Below are positions 26,900 through 41,042 of a DNA stretch of 64,000 nt, in pieces. The notes under the pieces were generated by a model. That model ran no database searches. It was not told the DNA's origin and worked only from the letters and a program-made list of their open reading frames with translations. The stretch's first letter is position 1. Each line of letters starts with the position of its first letter. The position numbers were made by a program, and so were the translations under genes. Source of the DNA: the human T2T-CHM13v2.0 reference genome, Homo sapiens; NCBI RefSeq assembly GCF_009914755.1, contig NC_060930.1, one strand, 5' to 3'.

Positions 26900-28250
26900 G
26901 TCATTGAACATAGATGCTGGTGGTGAGCAGCAGTGATGGTGGGAGTCTGTGGAAGTTCTCTTCCATTTGCTTCTATTTTCTCAGAGAAATAGAAGAAAGA
27001 TCATTGGCTGAGAATAAGAATGGGGGAGGAAGTGTGGAATTTCAGAGGAGAAGAGAATGTGTGGAATAGTCACTTTGGAAAGCAGGGTATCTTATGACTG
27101 CTGGGCAGCATAAAGAGGCCACTTGATTTAGTGGTCACAAATTTAAAGAGATTGTAGGCAGAGAAGGTGCTGATTTGGATTTAACCAAGTTTGTGGTTTG
27201 CCAAGGAAGTGGGAGCAAATGAGAGAGGATAAGGGCATAAAGGGTGCATGCAAAGGTTGACTATGGAGTTTCAGCTGCGTAAAGAGGGGAGCGAAACCAT
27301 CAAGGAACCAAGGAACAGTGAACAGTAAAGGGATTTAAGAATTGATGAATATTGGTTGTCAGTGTGGTGGAAAGACAGTTGGCATAAAGCATTAGAGGGA
27401 GTGAGCTGCAGTTAGGAGGCAGCTGGCAGAGAGTGGGATGTACACACCTGAGGCTGTGAAGGGTGCACAGCTCTGTAAAGGATGGTAATGATGAGGTCTT
27501 AGAGTATGACCATGGGGGTAGTCCAGGCGTTAAAAGTCTCAGTTACATGTATATTGAAATGACTAAGGATTAGCACCAAAATAGTAAGAAGTGACGGTGA
27601 ACCATGAGTTCCTATGGAAAACAAGGAGGCAGAGGCAGAACTTGGGGGCAGCAGATGACAGTTACAGTGAAATTCAGAATTGAAGGAAAGAGAACAGCCC
27701 AAAAGCAGCAATGGAGGTTGTGGGCAGCCAAGGAGGACACTTAGTCCCTTCCAGGTCTGGGGGAAAATCAGCCACTGCTAGAGTGGGCTGCAGGGAATGT
27801 CATGTTGGATTTAGCCAAGTTTGTGGTTTGCCAAGGAAGTGGGAGCAAATGAGAGAGGGTTAAGGGCAAAAGGGTACATGCAAAGGATTAACTATGAAGT
27901 TTCAGCTGCATAAGGAGGGGAGTGAAACCACCAAGAAGGGCAGGAGCAGTGGACAGCAACGAGATTTAAGAATCAATGAATCATGGGTGTCAGTGGGGTG
28001 GAAAGACTCCCGAGGACCTGATTTCTGTTTGAAGAACAAGAAAGTGAGAGAACATTCAGAGAAGAGATGGCAATAAGGGGGATTTTTCCTCTGTGATTTG
28101 CTAGGAATCCAAATAGCACAATGGAAGGATCTCAGAATTGGGGGAAAGGTGGAAGAGATGGACAGAATGGGGATGAGCAGACCCTCACAATGTGGGAGAT
28201 GAGGGGTGGCCTTGCAGTTTGGGGCTTTTGAGGTGGTTTTCATAAACAGG
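26900..28250 (-). mobile_element. L2 LINE internal fragment containing a ~200-bp duplicated segment
   Basis: ggaagttctcttcc..ttgcttctattttctcag...gaacattcagagaagag purine-rich L2 antisense. Confidence 0.6.
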
Positions 28251-30692
28251 AATAAAGTGAATAATGTGGATCCAGAGGAGAGGGTGGGGTGAGGCTCTGA
28301 CTAGAGGGGGCTAGAGAGGGTGAGTTTCTAGAGCCCCCTCTTTACACTGATGCTGGGGGTAGGTAAGGTTGTAGGTCAACGGGAGGTGAGTTCTTAGAGC
28401 AAGTATACTAGTTCTCTCTTCCTCTGCGGGGCAGTGGGGCTTACCCTAAGGGTGTCTGTTTTCCTTGACCCCATTATTGATGTCTTGGGAGATCTCTGGA
28501 GAAGCAGGTTGGTTGCACTTGTCTTTCTTCAGAATGATGGGGGTTGAGGGCATCATCTTGTTTCTACAACAGAAAAGTATGAAATTCAAATAGCAACACT
28601 CCAGGAAACAGTTGAGTTCCCTTAGAAAGGGCAAACCTAACTGATGGCATCTGCAGAAAAAGACAAACATTTGCATTACAGTCATAGGAAGCATTCAGAG
28701 GCACTGAGGACAATAGAATCGTGAGTTCTTTCAGTAAATTGATATTCATTGCATATCTACTATATGCCTAACACTGTTCAGGGTGCCACAGGACATGCAA
28801 TAAGGCAGTGAAACCCAGTGTGTGTCCTTCAAGCAGACTCAGTTAAAAAACAGTGGAAAGTATTAGATATAAAGCCAATGCTGTCCCAAGGAACACAGGC
28901 TATCGTGGAAGCTGTTGAAATCTATCTTCTGTTGATCTAGAATTTGATTTTCATAAAGCATTAGCAAATCAAAAGCCAAAAACAAAACTGCAAACACACA
29001 GATTGATTTGTTTCTTTGTATTGTTTTCTCTTAGGCACCTTGGATTTTTAAATTTATTACTTTTTAAATGCAGATTACATATATGCTGCAACCAGAAATG
29101 CCAGCATCCCATGATGGAAGTTTTTCTTTGCATTCTTGAGAGGACTATATTGAGAACTGAGTATCTATATTTTATATTTCATTTTATTGATAATTGGAAA
29201 TAGCTGAGAAGTGATAGATCAAGGATTTGAATTCATTGATTCTAAAGCCCATATGACCATATGATTTTAACTCTTATGCGATCTTTTTCTTTCCATCTAG
29301 GTCTCGCCCTGTCCTGCCTTCTCTCTTGGTACCAGTTATACTGCTGAATCACTATTAGTGATAGGGACTCATGTGGGTGGGTCATCCAGAAATGATTGTC
29401 CTATTTTAAGAACAAATTAAAAGTTGCCTCAGTTGGTGGTGTCTAACTCTTCAACTTAAAAGAGAGAAAATATTAATAGGAATCAACTCTGCTTATTTAA
29501 CAGGTCAAGCTGGTCTCTGGTGTCCATGGGGACACTTCAGGAGAAACCGATTAACATTGAGATGTGTGGAAACAGGATCAATAATTTTCAGTAACTGAGG
29601 AAGATTACCAGAAGCCAAGGCGGCCTTTAACAGAGACTGTGCAGCTCTGAGCCCAGGACTGTTAAGCACTTGGCAGGCAATGGAGAAAGTCTAATTGTGG
29701 CTGACGATGAGTCATTTTACACTATTGTCACACCTCCTTTATCCACATTCCATTTTAGGAACAGTATAACTTTCCCAGCCAGAAATTGTCTAATTTAAAC
29801 CCTGACTCTTACCTGTGTGAATCAAAATGACTCAGAAAGTGCAAATAAAATAACCCTGAGGAGTCAGTGGTTGTTTCATTTTTCTCATAGCTTCTCTTCT
29901 CAGAATTGAGGCCTGTATCTTCCATGTGTATAGAAGAAACAGAAGGGCTAGAGGATTGAATCTGCATGGCAGAAAAAGAAGAAGTCTCACAGGACTAGAA
30001 GTTAGAGCATTTTTCCTGACATGAGGATATAGGGTAGATTTATGGCCAAAGTCTTAACTATATGAAAAATAGAGTAGTAAATTTTTTAAAAGGAGAGAGA
30101 ACTGCTGTTTTTTAAATACAATTAAAACATGGATAAACAAAAAAGAGGGTGCATATAAGTGTGTTTGCCTGTATATATATAAACATGCATAGACACACAC
30201 ATATACATATACATTTTAGTCCTGTATCTTCAGATTCTCTCCCCCATTCATTCTTATGCCTTTTAAGAAATAATCATGGCATAGACTCTAAAAAGAAGAC
30301 TTAATTCACAAAAACATGGGACATTGGCCTATGAAATGAAGAACAATTAGCACTGAATATTTAGACAACTCATGTGGCTTCATTTAATGCAGCATCCAAC
30401 AAATACTGATGTTTACAATATTAGCTCTGAATTTCCTAGAATACAAAAATAATTTATATTTCTTATTTTTGTAAAGTACTTTCTAGTTTTGAAGGCTTTT
30501 AAATACACATTATCTCATTTGACCCCCCCAAACACTTTGTATGGTAGCCAGAGTATGAATTTTTATTTCCAGTTTATAGGTAAGGAATTGGAAATACACA
30601 CATCTTAAGCGGTGCACCTGGTATCAAACGATCCTACAAATCATGTATGTTGACTCCTGATCTAATGATGGGTAGAAATATATAACACATGA

Positions 30693-31084
<392 letters not shown>

Positions 31085-31805
31085 TCAATTATCCAGAAAA
31101 GTTACATATGTGAAACATAATTTTGCTTAATTAGATATTGCCATACTTAAAAAATATGTTGAAATTTTTAAATGTGCAGATTATTTTTCTCTTTTTTTTT
31201 AGATTGATGGTTTTCTATTATGTCAGGAGTCTCTTTCTTATTAATAATCCATTTTCATATTGAATTTTGGCATGATTTACCAACATAGTGTAACACTTCT
31301 TTTTAATAATTGAATCATATGTAGAATCATATATATCTTTATAGAAAATTTGGGAAATACACAAAGATATTACTTAGAAAAATAAAAATTACTCACCTTC
31401 TAGAGGATAACCTCTTCATACATTTTGTTATATTTTCTATTAATTGTCATTTTATTCTTATCCAGGCATTAAAAAATACAGTTGAGGATGTACTGCATGT
31501 ATAAGTTGATAATGTTTCATACATAATTTACATGCTACATAATTTATGCAGCCACACCCTTATCAGTGGATAGTTATGCTATTTTCATTTTTTGTTATTA
31601 TAAATAGTACCAGGATGAGCACTGTGCAAGTTTATCATTGTTTACTTGTAATTGAGTCCTAGAAGTGGTATGACTGGGTCAAATGATGAACACATTTTCA
31701 GTCTATTGACAAGTGTTGCAATTTTTTCCAAGGAACTTACCACTAGCTGGGCAGAATGCCACATCATCCACTATGGAATTGTTTGAGTGGAATTAGTGTT
31801 GAAAG

Positions 31806-32298
31806 ATGTATTGTTGCTGTAAAAAATTACCACAAACTTAGCAGCTTCAATCAACACAAATGTATTACCTTACACTTTGGATGTCAGAAGTCCTAAAATC
31901 AAGATGTTAGCAGGGCTGCATTCCTTCTGGATTCTTTAGGGGAGAATTGTTTCCTTGTTTTTTCCAGTATCTGGAAACTACTTGCATTCCTTGGCTGGTG
32001 GTCCCTTCCTTCATCTGCAAAGTCAGCAGTATAGCATCTTCAAATCTCTCTCTTACTCTTTAATTTCTCCTTCCATCGGCACATCTTCTTGTCTTTCTAA
32101 CCTGCCTGTCTCTATCTTTTAAAGAGCCTTGCGATTACATTGGTTTTACCTGGATAATTCAGGATACTCTTCCTATCTCAATATCCTTAATCTAATGACA
32201 TCTACAAAGTCTCTTTTGCCATGTAAGGTAATATATTTACAGGATCTGGGAATTAGGAAATGGACATACTTGGGAAGCCATTTTTCAGCTGACTACAA
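31806..32298 (-). mobile_element. MaLR LTR (MLT1C-like)
   Basis: aattaccacaaacttagcagctt...ttttgccatgtaaggtaatattt. Confidence 0.75.
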
Positions 32299-32899
32299 TA
32301 GAAAAAACATAATTTGACTTTGTATCTTATCTTCATGACTTGCTAGTTCTGAAAAGTTTCATCAGTATTTTTTTTATGGTTGAAGAAATAAAGCAGATGG
32401 AAATATGTTTATTGACCAGGTGCTGAGGAAACCGAGGCCCAGTGAGGTCATGAGACTTCTCCAAAATCAAGTGGCTGAAAGGTGACAGGTCTGTCTGACT
32501 TCCAAGTTCATTATCTTTTTTGTTGTTTATTTGTTTTTGGTTATATTATTTTCTATTTAAAAACTAATGCTATCAATACCTACAAGGTATAACAAGTCTC
32601 TGACTTTAAAAAGTCAGCTGCTAATTCTATAATGTCATTATTGTTATAGAAGTAGCCTGTATTCATGTCAGTAATGTTGTGAGAGAGAGTCCAGGCATGC
32701 CGCTTTCCTGCAAGGCTTCAGTGACACCGTAAGTGGCTGCTAGACTCAATATATATATATTTCAGCAGATTTATCTTTATAAATCATATAGCTTTTAAGA
32801 TTTGTTTACATTTAAACTTCTAGAAGAAATCTGTATTAGATTTTTGAAATCAGATTTTAATGGGCTTCATGTGTCAGGAACAGCAGTGTTTTGTAATCT

Positions 32900-33413
32900 C
32901 TTTTCTTTTTTTTTTTAATTGTACTTTAAGTTCTAGGGTACATGTGCACAACGTGCAGGTTTGTTACATATGTGTACATGTGGCATGTTGGTGTGCTGCA
33001 CCCGTTAACTCATCATTTACATTAGGTGTATCTCTTAATGCTATCCCTCCCTCCTCCCCCCACCCCACTACAGGCCCTGGTGTGTGGTGTTTCCTACCCT
33101 GTATCCAAGTGTTCTCATTGTTCATTTCCCACCTATGAGTGAGAACATGCGGTGTTTGGTTTTCTGTCCTTCCGATAGTTTCCTCAGAATGATGGTTTCT
33201 AGCTTCATCCATGTCCCTACAAAGAACATGAACTCATCCTTTTTTATGGCTGCATAGTATTCCATGGTGTATATGTGCCACATTTTCTTAATCCAGTGTA
33301 TCATTGATGGACATTTGGCTTGGTTCCAAGTCTTTGCTATTGTGAATAGTGCCACAATAAACATATGTGTGCATGTGTCTTTATAGCAGAATCATTTATA
33401 ATCCTTTGGGTAT
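32900..33413 (-). mobile_element. L1PA 3' end, 5'-truncated
   Basis: ctttaagttctagggtacatgtgcacaacgtgcagg; ORF 33122-33364 is the L1 ORF2 C-terminus (MFIVALFTIAKTWNQ). Confidence 0.92.
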
Positions 33414-35283
33414 CATGCCATTAGCTATCTCTGCGAAAGTGTGAGTCCATGTCTGTATGCACTCGATGGAGCACCTTTTTAGAAAACCTCACAGAGATTT
33501 TAATAAGGTCAGTCAACCTACTCCTATCACCTCAAAGCATCAAAGACAAAAATTAATACTCGGCCATGACTTTAAGTAAGTATGTTCCAGAGAAAATACA
33601 TGAATAAAGATCACTAGTGCTTTGAATGAGGTGAAATGATTAGGTTTTATATTTGATTCTGTAGATCTGTGAATTGGGCAATGCTTGCTAAAACTAATTC
33701 ATACTATTTATATTAACCTCATTATTCCACGCTCTGTTAACTCTTCGGCATATGATTCCCAGTTCCATCAGTCTACCTGTAATGACTGGTTATTCATTGA
33801 GCTCTGGCCTGATGCTCACCTCTGTGCCTAACTCCAGACCTCAGTGGCCGTGATAAATAAGAGATATGCTGGCCCACAGGCCACTGTGCTTACACTCTCC
33901 CAGTACAGGAGGCCAGTGGCTGGACAATGCTCTCCATAGCTTTCAAGTAGGCCTCCTACTTTTGTGAATTAAAAAAAAATAAATAAATGAATCTGAGAGG
34001 AGGCACTAGCCATTGGGTTGAGAATAACCATGTTCATTAACTTGCAGGACATTTTGGTCATTACATATGAAGATACAAGCCATCCCAGCAACCTAGGTAA
34101 GAAGAAATGAAATTAAGGATGATCGATTGAGAAACATAGCTAACAGGTTATATTATGGGATCTTGACAATGAAGAAGGTAAAAAATATAATATTTTTAAG
34201 CCTATTTTTAATTGCTTTCCTTCATGAATAACTGTGCTATTCCACAAAGGATTTGAGACTGCTTAAAGGAAGAAGACAATAAAAAAAATTAAGACTAGAA
34301 CAAATACTGGTAAAACAGTAAGGTCAGACAGAGGGAAATTTAGAAAACTGAGGGATCTACGTTCTTCACCATCCTGTAGTTTTGGGGAGCAAACCCACTT
34401 TGGAGAGAAGAAAAGTGTTCTGTGGTTCTTGCTACAAAGACTCTCTTCCAACGTGTTTAATAGGAGTGTAGTGCTGTGTGGAAGAGTTTACAGGTAATTC
34501 ACTTTACCCTCCCTAGCAAGCCAATTTAGTCTTTACTCCTTAAATAAATATAGCTTTATGAGGTCTTCCTGCTTATTATCCTTTTTACTTCTAATATTGA
34601 ACTTTTTGATTACTGCAAGTGATTTTTTTTTTTTTAGTGTCCAATTAAAAGTTTAGGCTACTAGGGACTTTTAGAGCACAGTTCTTCTAAATCAGCCAAC
34701 TGGTGGACAATATTCACACATTCTTAGTCTTTGCGAAACAAGTACTGAACGTGCAAATATAAAGCAAAGTGCCAGTTTCTATAATGGCTTGTTTTCTATC
34801 TTATTTCTACATGTATTGAACCCAAATAACCTGAATGGTTCATTTTTTTTTCCTCCTAAAAGTAGCTTCTATTTTATTTTATTTTAAAAAAAGAAAAAGT
34901 AAAAGAAAAGAAACCCCTTTTGAATATCCACTAATTGTCCTGGAAATTAAGAAAAAATATATTTTATCTATTTATGAATCATAATTGTTAATTTGATAAT
35001 GGTGTTCTTACAAAGTAAATCCCATTATTATATTCCTGTGGTAGAAAGTTCTGGGTTTTGTGGGTAAATACTGCAATACAGAATTCCCACCATTGTGAAT
35101 AAAAAATTAAGTTGAGTCTTAAAAATGGTCTCATTGGAAAGTTCACATTACATTGTTACTCATCAAGCTATAGTGTCTATTTTTTTGTTATTCAGAAATA
35201 CTACTAAAGACCTCATTTTTCTAAACTAATAAAAATCATGTTTAAAAATAGTCTTTAACCATTTTATTGACAATAATATCTAA

Positions 35284-35618
<335 letters not shown>

Positions 35619-36237
35619 TAAAATATATATTGTTAACACATGTGTAGGTCTCTATATTATTGAGTGCTGTGATTTTATGCACTATTTATTTCTTATATGT
35701 AGCTTTATATTCATCACACTTGACATTTCAACCACTGTATAAAATAAATCCAGCTGGCTTATTTTTGTTTGCTTGAGTGTTATATTGACATTGGCAATTA
35801 CACTTTGAGTAATTTCAGTTCTTTGAAAATTATTAAAACTAGCTTTAGGGACCAGCATATGATAAATTTTGATAAATGTTCCAAGTGCACGTGAAAATAT
35901 GTATATTATGTAGTTGTAGAGTACCGTGTTTTATAAATGTCAATTAAGTCACGTCAATCATTCTTGCTGTTGAAATCTTCTATATTAGTACAATCCAATA
36001 GAAATATAATGCTAACTACATATGTAATTCTTATTTTAAAATTTTCTAGTAGCTCACATTATAAAGTAAAAAATAGGTAAAATTAATTTGTCATATATTT
36101 ATTTAACACAATACATCCAAAACATTTTCATTTCAAAGTGTGATTAGTACAAAATCATTAATGAAATTTTTTCATATTTAGGCTTCAATATCTGATACAT
36201 AATTTATATATACAGCACATCTCAATGCAGGTACTAA

Positions 36238-36292
36238 TTTTTTTTTTTTGAGATGGAATTTTGCTCTTGTGCCCCGGCTGGAGTGCAATGGC
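36238..36292 (-). mobile_element. Severely 5'-truncated Alu (~41 nt plus tail)
   Basis: T12-gagatggaattttgctcttgtgccccggctggagtgcaatg; TSD gcaggtactaa. Confidence 0.8.
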
Positions 36293-36524
36293 AGGTACTA
36301 ACTTTTGACCTGTGTTTAGATCTCATAAAATTTACTGTTGAAAAAGTAGATTCACAGACTCACATATCCAGGTTGTTCCAACCAGTCTTAAATGTTTTTA
36401 GTACCCGAATCAAATGGCAAAAATGTCGTTTAAAAAAATTCACATCCACATTGAGAAAATAGATTTATCTGTTTTAGAAAACTTGATTTGACTTTGAAAG
36501 GAAAGCATATAATTTTCAAAAGTT

Positions 36525-36843
<319 letters not shown>

Positions 36844-38557
36844 TTACTAAATTTTTTTACATTGTATCATAAAATAGAATTTATTGTAATAGAATCCTGT
36901 AAAATATACGAGTTACGATTTCACAAAGTAGAAATAAAGTCTGGTCAAAGAACTTATGCTTTAAATAATTAAAAACAAAACTGAAGGACAAGACAGGGTA
37001 TTCTTGTTCTAAACGGTATTCGCAAAATAAAAATAAGTACAAAAATAACTCATAATAGTAGCTACACAAACTACCATATACAAATTAATATCAATTTCAA
37101 AGGGGTATTATGAAAAGTGAAAGCAATTTAAAATTTATCAGTATCAAGAAAGCCTTACCTAAATTTCCTGTAGTGTCTGTTACCAATTTACATATTTTCA
37201 ATTACAACTAAAATCTTCTATATATTGATTCATATTATGAAAGTGTATAAAAATCATCATTATTGATTAGTAGTATAAAAAAATTCATTGTCAATATAAA
37301 TTCACACACTTGTCTAGGTAGGTTAAATAGCTTTTTCTTTCCTTGGAACTTGAAAATTTAGCTCCTTCATATGCAGTGTGATACCAGTTAGTAAGCACAA
37401 ATCAAACTACTGTTTTTTTCCCTTTGATTATTGAATATTTGATAGGCATTCCTTTGGTTTCAAAAATTTTAGAATTGGACTTAACATTGCAATAAATATT
37501 TGTAAAACTTTTCCACAACTCAACCAACAACAATTGGCAAAGAACACAAGACAATTACATTCATTGTCTTTTATTTCTTTTAATTGTTCCACAAATTGAT
37601 GATTCATAACATTTATATTTACATACTGAAGAATTTTACAGTATGCATGACACTCTTCATAGAGACTGTTTCAGAAAGATGAGCACAAATATTTTCACTA
37701 AGTATTACATATTGGAATGAAGTAAGAGGAAAACTTGAGTCTGTGGTTTCAGATTCTAGTAAACCTAGAGTTTTGATTTAAAATAACCAAAGCACCATCT
37801 GTTGTGATAGAAACCATTTTTTTCGTGTCTAGTTGAAATTCTTCTTTGACAGATGTAAAAGATTGAAGAATATCCATGCCAAAAGTTCAAATTTTTAGGT
37901 TGCAAATGTACACATTTTTTTTTGTTGTTGTAAATTGGAACATCCAAGACACTGTATGCTCCAAATATTAATTGGGCAGGGTCTGTTATGTGGTATGACT
38001 CAAGTAAAGCTAAAGAAAATTACTTGCAATTTTTCAAATTTTCAGTCAATCTTTGATTTTTTAGAAAAATTTCATAATCTATGATCAATGGTTTAGTGGC
38101 TCAACCAAAGATATTTACAAGATTATCGAAAGTAAAATATCTTTTTTTACCTTCCTCAGAACTTTCTAGCAAAATTTTCATTTCTAAAATTAGAATTTAC
38201 TTTCTCATATCTCTATCTAAAAATGGTTTTCTATTTTCTGCAAAACTCAAGCTGTTTTATAGAAGGACTAAGTTATAAGGCTGGATCATGTTATATATTG
38301 TTTAACTTTTTAAAATTGGACATTCAATCCTGATTTCAGGAGAACAGTGTTGCCAATTTTTCTGACTACTGAGGGTGAACTTCTTACATAGAGATAAAGA
38401 TGTATAAATATTCTTCACTTCAATCCTTAAAAATATTTTTACACAACAAACAAACAGCTTTTTTTGCTTTGCTTTGTCATAGAAAAGTAAAATTGCCATT
38501 CATTGTAGAATTTGCAGCATCCTTTTGTTCAGTCTTCTTAAAAAGTTGTTCTATTAG

Positions 38558-38815
38558 CTTTGGGATGCCAAGGCAGGTAGATCACGAGGTCAGGAGCTCC
38601 ACACCAGCCTGGCCAAGGTGGTGAAACCCTGTCTCTACTAAAAACACAAAAAGTACCCGGGTGTGGTGGCAGGCGCCTCTAATCCCAGCTCTTCGGGAGG
38701 CCGAGACAGAGAATTGCTTGAACGTAGGAGGCGGAGGTTGCAGTTAGCTGAGATCACACCACTGCACTCCAGGCTGGTCCACAGAGCGAGACTCCGTCTG
38801 AAAAAAAAAAAAAAA
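38558..38815 (+). mobile_element. AluS (Sg-like), 5'-truncated, inside the Charlie element
   Basis: Begins at ctttggga; A tail; degenerate TSD aaaaagttgttctattag/aaaaagtattgtattgg. Confidence 0.88.
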
Positions 38816-38872
38816 GTATTGTATTGGTTATAATACCAATTTTCGCATCTCTACTCATTTCTGCATCTTCCT

Positions 38873-39035
38873 TGTTATGCCAGAGTCAGATTGGAAAGTA
38901 AGCCATGATATACGGGATTAAATAACCTCATCTGATGAGAATTTATGGTTTGTGGGGCATGACTCCCCAGACCCTTTAGATAGGAATCTGAGCAAGATTA
39001 AAAAAAAAAAAAAAAGAATTAGAGCTTAGTCCTCA
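38873..39035 (-). mobile_element. ERV1 MER4-group LTR 5' fragment
   Basis: Reverse complement reads TGAGGACTAAGCTCT...GGGGAGTCATGCCCCACAAACCATAAATTCTCATCAGATG. Confidence 0.55.
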
Positions 39036-39425
39036 ATAATGAAAGTGAAATGAAGCCTTACCAAAAGAATAAAATTGTGGTTAACAATAAAAAAAATTTA
39101 CAGTGCTTCAGCTTAAAAAATTTAAACTAAATTAATTAAAATTATATATGAAATAAAAAATTCTATTCTCCATTTGCATTAGCCACATTTTAAGTGCTTA
39201 ATAGTCAGTCCCGTTTGCCTAGTGACTTTCATATTGAACAACACAGTTGTATACCCTCACTAATTTTTTCCTTTGTTTTATTAAAAATAGTAAGATATGT
39301 TAAGATCTCCTACCATGATGGGGGAACTATTCCTCTTTTTAATCCTATCAACTTTATATATTTGAAGCTATGTTAGTGGGCATAGATATTTCAAGAATTG
39401 TTTTATCTTCCTGGTGTATTGCCTT

Positions 39426-39429
<4 letters not shown>

Positions 39430-39457
<28 letters not shown>

Positions 39458-39690
39458 TGAGGCAAAGTCTCGCTCTGTCGCCCAAGCTGGAGTTCAGTGG
39501 CATGATCTCTGCTCACTGCAGCCTCCACCTCCCGGGTTCAAGTGATTGCCCAGCTAATTTTTGTATTTTTAGTAGAGACAGGGCTTAGCCATGTTGGCCA
39601 GGCTGGTCTTGAACTCCTGGCCTCAAGGGATCCCCCCACCTTGGCCTCCTAAAGTGCTGGGATTACAGGCATAAGCCACCATGCCTAGCC
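39430..39690 (-). mobile_element. AluS/J with internal deletion and (TTTTG)n tail
   Basis: tcaagtgatt|gcccagctaat junction; TSD gtgta(t/c)tgccttttt. Confidence 0.85.
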
Positions 39691-39859
39691 AGTGTACTGC
39701 CTTTTTAGCATTCCAAAATGTCCCTCTTAATATCTAGTAGTAGTCTTATGTCTACTTTGACTCATATTAAAATAACTATATCGGTTTTCTTTTGGTTTTG
39801 TTTCCATTATATACCAAGGTATGTTGTACATTTTTAATAATCAGCTCTCTAGGAATGAG

Positions 39860-40018
39860 AAGCACTGATTTGTGGCGTTTGCCACCTTCCATGATGTAGC
39901 CACTCTTACCAGGACTGATTTCAAGCTTGTAGCAGGACATTAACTGGCTCACAATATTTCCAAAAATGTGATCACTGATGCTCATGAGCTAGTGTGAGTC
40001 GGCTTCAACACCTCACTG
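39860..40018. mobile_element. MER63-like hAT-Blackjack fragment
   Basis: ctgatttgtggcgtttgcc...gatttcaagct...tcggcttcaacacctcactg. Confidence 0.5.
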
Positions 40019-40313
40019 ATGGTATACTTTTTTCCAGCAACCTCTATGTGTCCTTATATTTAAGGTGGTGGGGCGGGGGGCTTTTGAAAGGAGCATATGA
40101 TTTTTTTTTCCCCAGTTTTACAGTGTTTCTCATTTAATTATAATATGATACCTTTTACATTTAATGTCATCATTGAAATATTTGGGTTTACACTTATTTT
40201 GCTATTTTTTTATATCTGTCTCATCCACTTTATAATAAAAAATGAATCAATTTTATTATATAATTTAACCCTTCAATGATCTTAGTTATACACCTTCTTT
40301 TATCGTTTTCTTA

Positions 40314-40395
40314 GAGATTAAAATATTCATCTTTGACTTATTACAGTTCACCATGAGATTAAAATACTCATCCTTGACTTATTACAGTTCACTGT
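40314..40395 (+). repeat. 41-bp tandem duplication
   Basis: gagattaaaata(t/c)tcatc(t/c)ttgacttattacagttcac x2; 37/41 identical. Confidence 0.85.
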
Positions 40396-40518
40396 AAGTC
40401 ACTATTTCTGCCACTTCCTGAAGGATGTTAGTACCTTGGGATGCTTTAACTTCATTTACCTTCCTTTTGCCCTTTTTTGGTTGCCCTTTTTGTCATATCT
40501 TAATATTCTATATATTTT

Positions 40519-41042
40519 GTTTTGTTATTTTTATTTTTTTGCAGCAGTTGTTAGCATTTAACAAACCTCCCTCCCTGTGGCTTCACACCACCAGCCCCAC
40601 TCCAACACCCTTTAATCCTCTCCTGTGCTCTTCTTCTGAAGAATTTGGCCTTCACAATGATAGGATGCTTTGGGAGCTTTCCCTTTCCCAGAACTTTGTA
40701 GTAATCTACCACATCAATGGTGGAGAGCCCCAGTCTTGTTTTTAGCAGCATTCTCCTGTGTCTGCTCACTGACCAAAGTCCACAATTTATTGTGATTGGC
40801 AGTTGAGCAGGAGCTCTGGTTCCTCTCTAAGTGGTAATCCTCATACCAACTTTCCCAAAGTAGCCAGAGTGATATTTATCAAAGTTTATCCTGTGGTGTT
40901 GCATGCCACCAGCATTCTACTGCCTCCTGAGTGCTTCTGGTGCTTGCTGATGAGGCAGTGGCCGTGGCTCATGTGGCCCCAAAGTTTCTGGGTCTTTCTC
41001 ATTCCGGATGGCATGTCAGCAACTGAGACAACATAGAGAGAC
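40519..41042 (-). pseudogene. RPL27A: RPL27A (uL15) processed pseudogene, probably the copy named RPL27AP7
   Basis: ATG at 41014: [19 protein letters not shown]...[10 protein letters not shown]...[22 protein letters not shown], stop at 40583-40585; intronless, frameshifted, decayed poly(A) tail, TSD tctatatatttt (40507-40518 / 41043-41054). Confidence 0.93.

Noticed and set aside
37765-38499. Domesticated transposase gene
   Set aside because: Multiple stops, frameshifts, Alu insertions and a mutated catalytic Asp
40551-40769. Functional 72-aa ribosomal-like protein
   Set aside because: Frameshifted fragment of the RPL27A pseudogene
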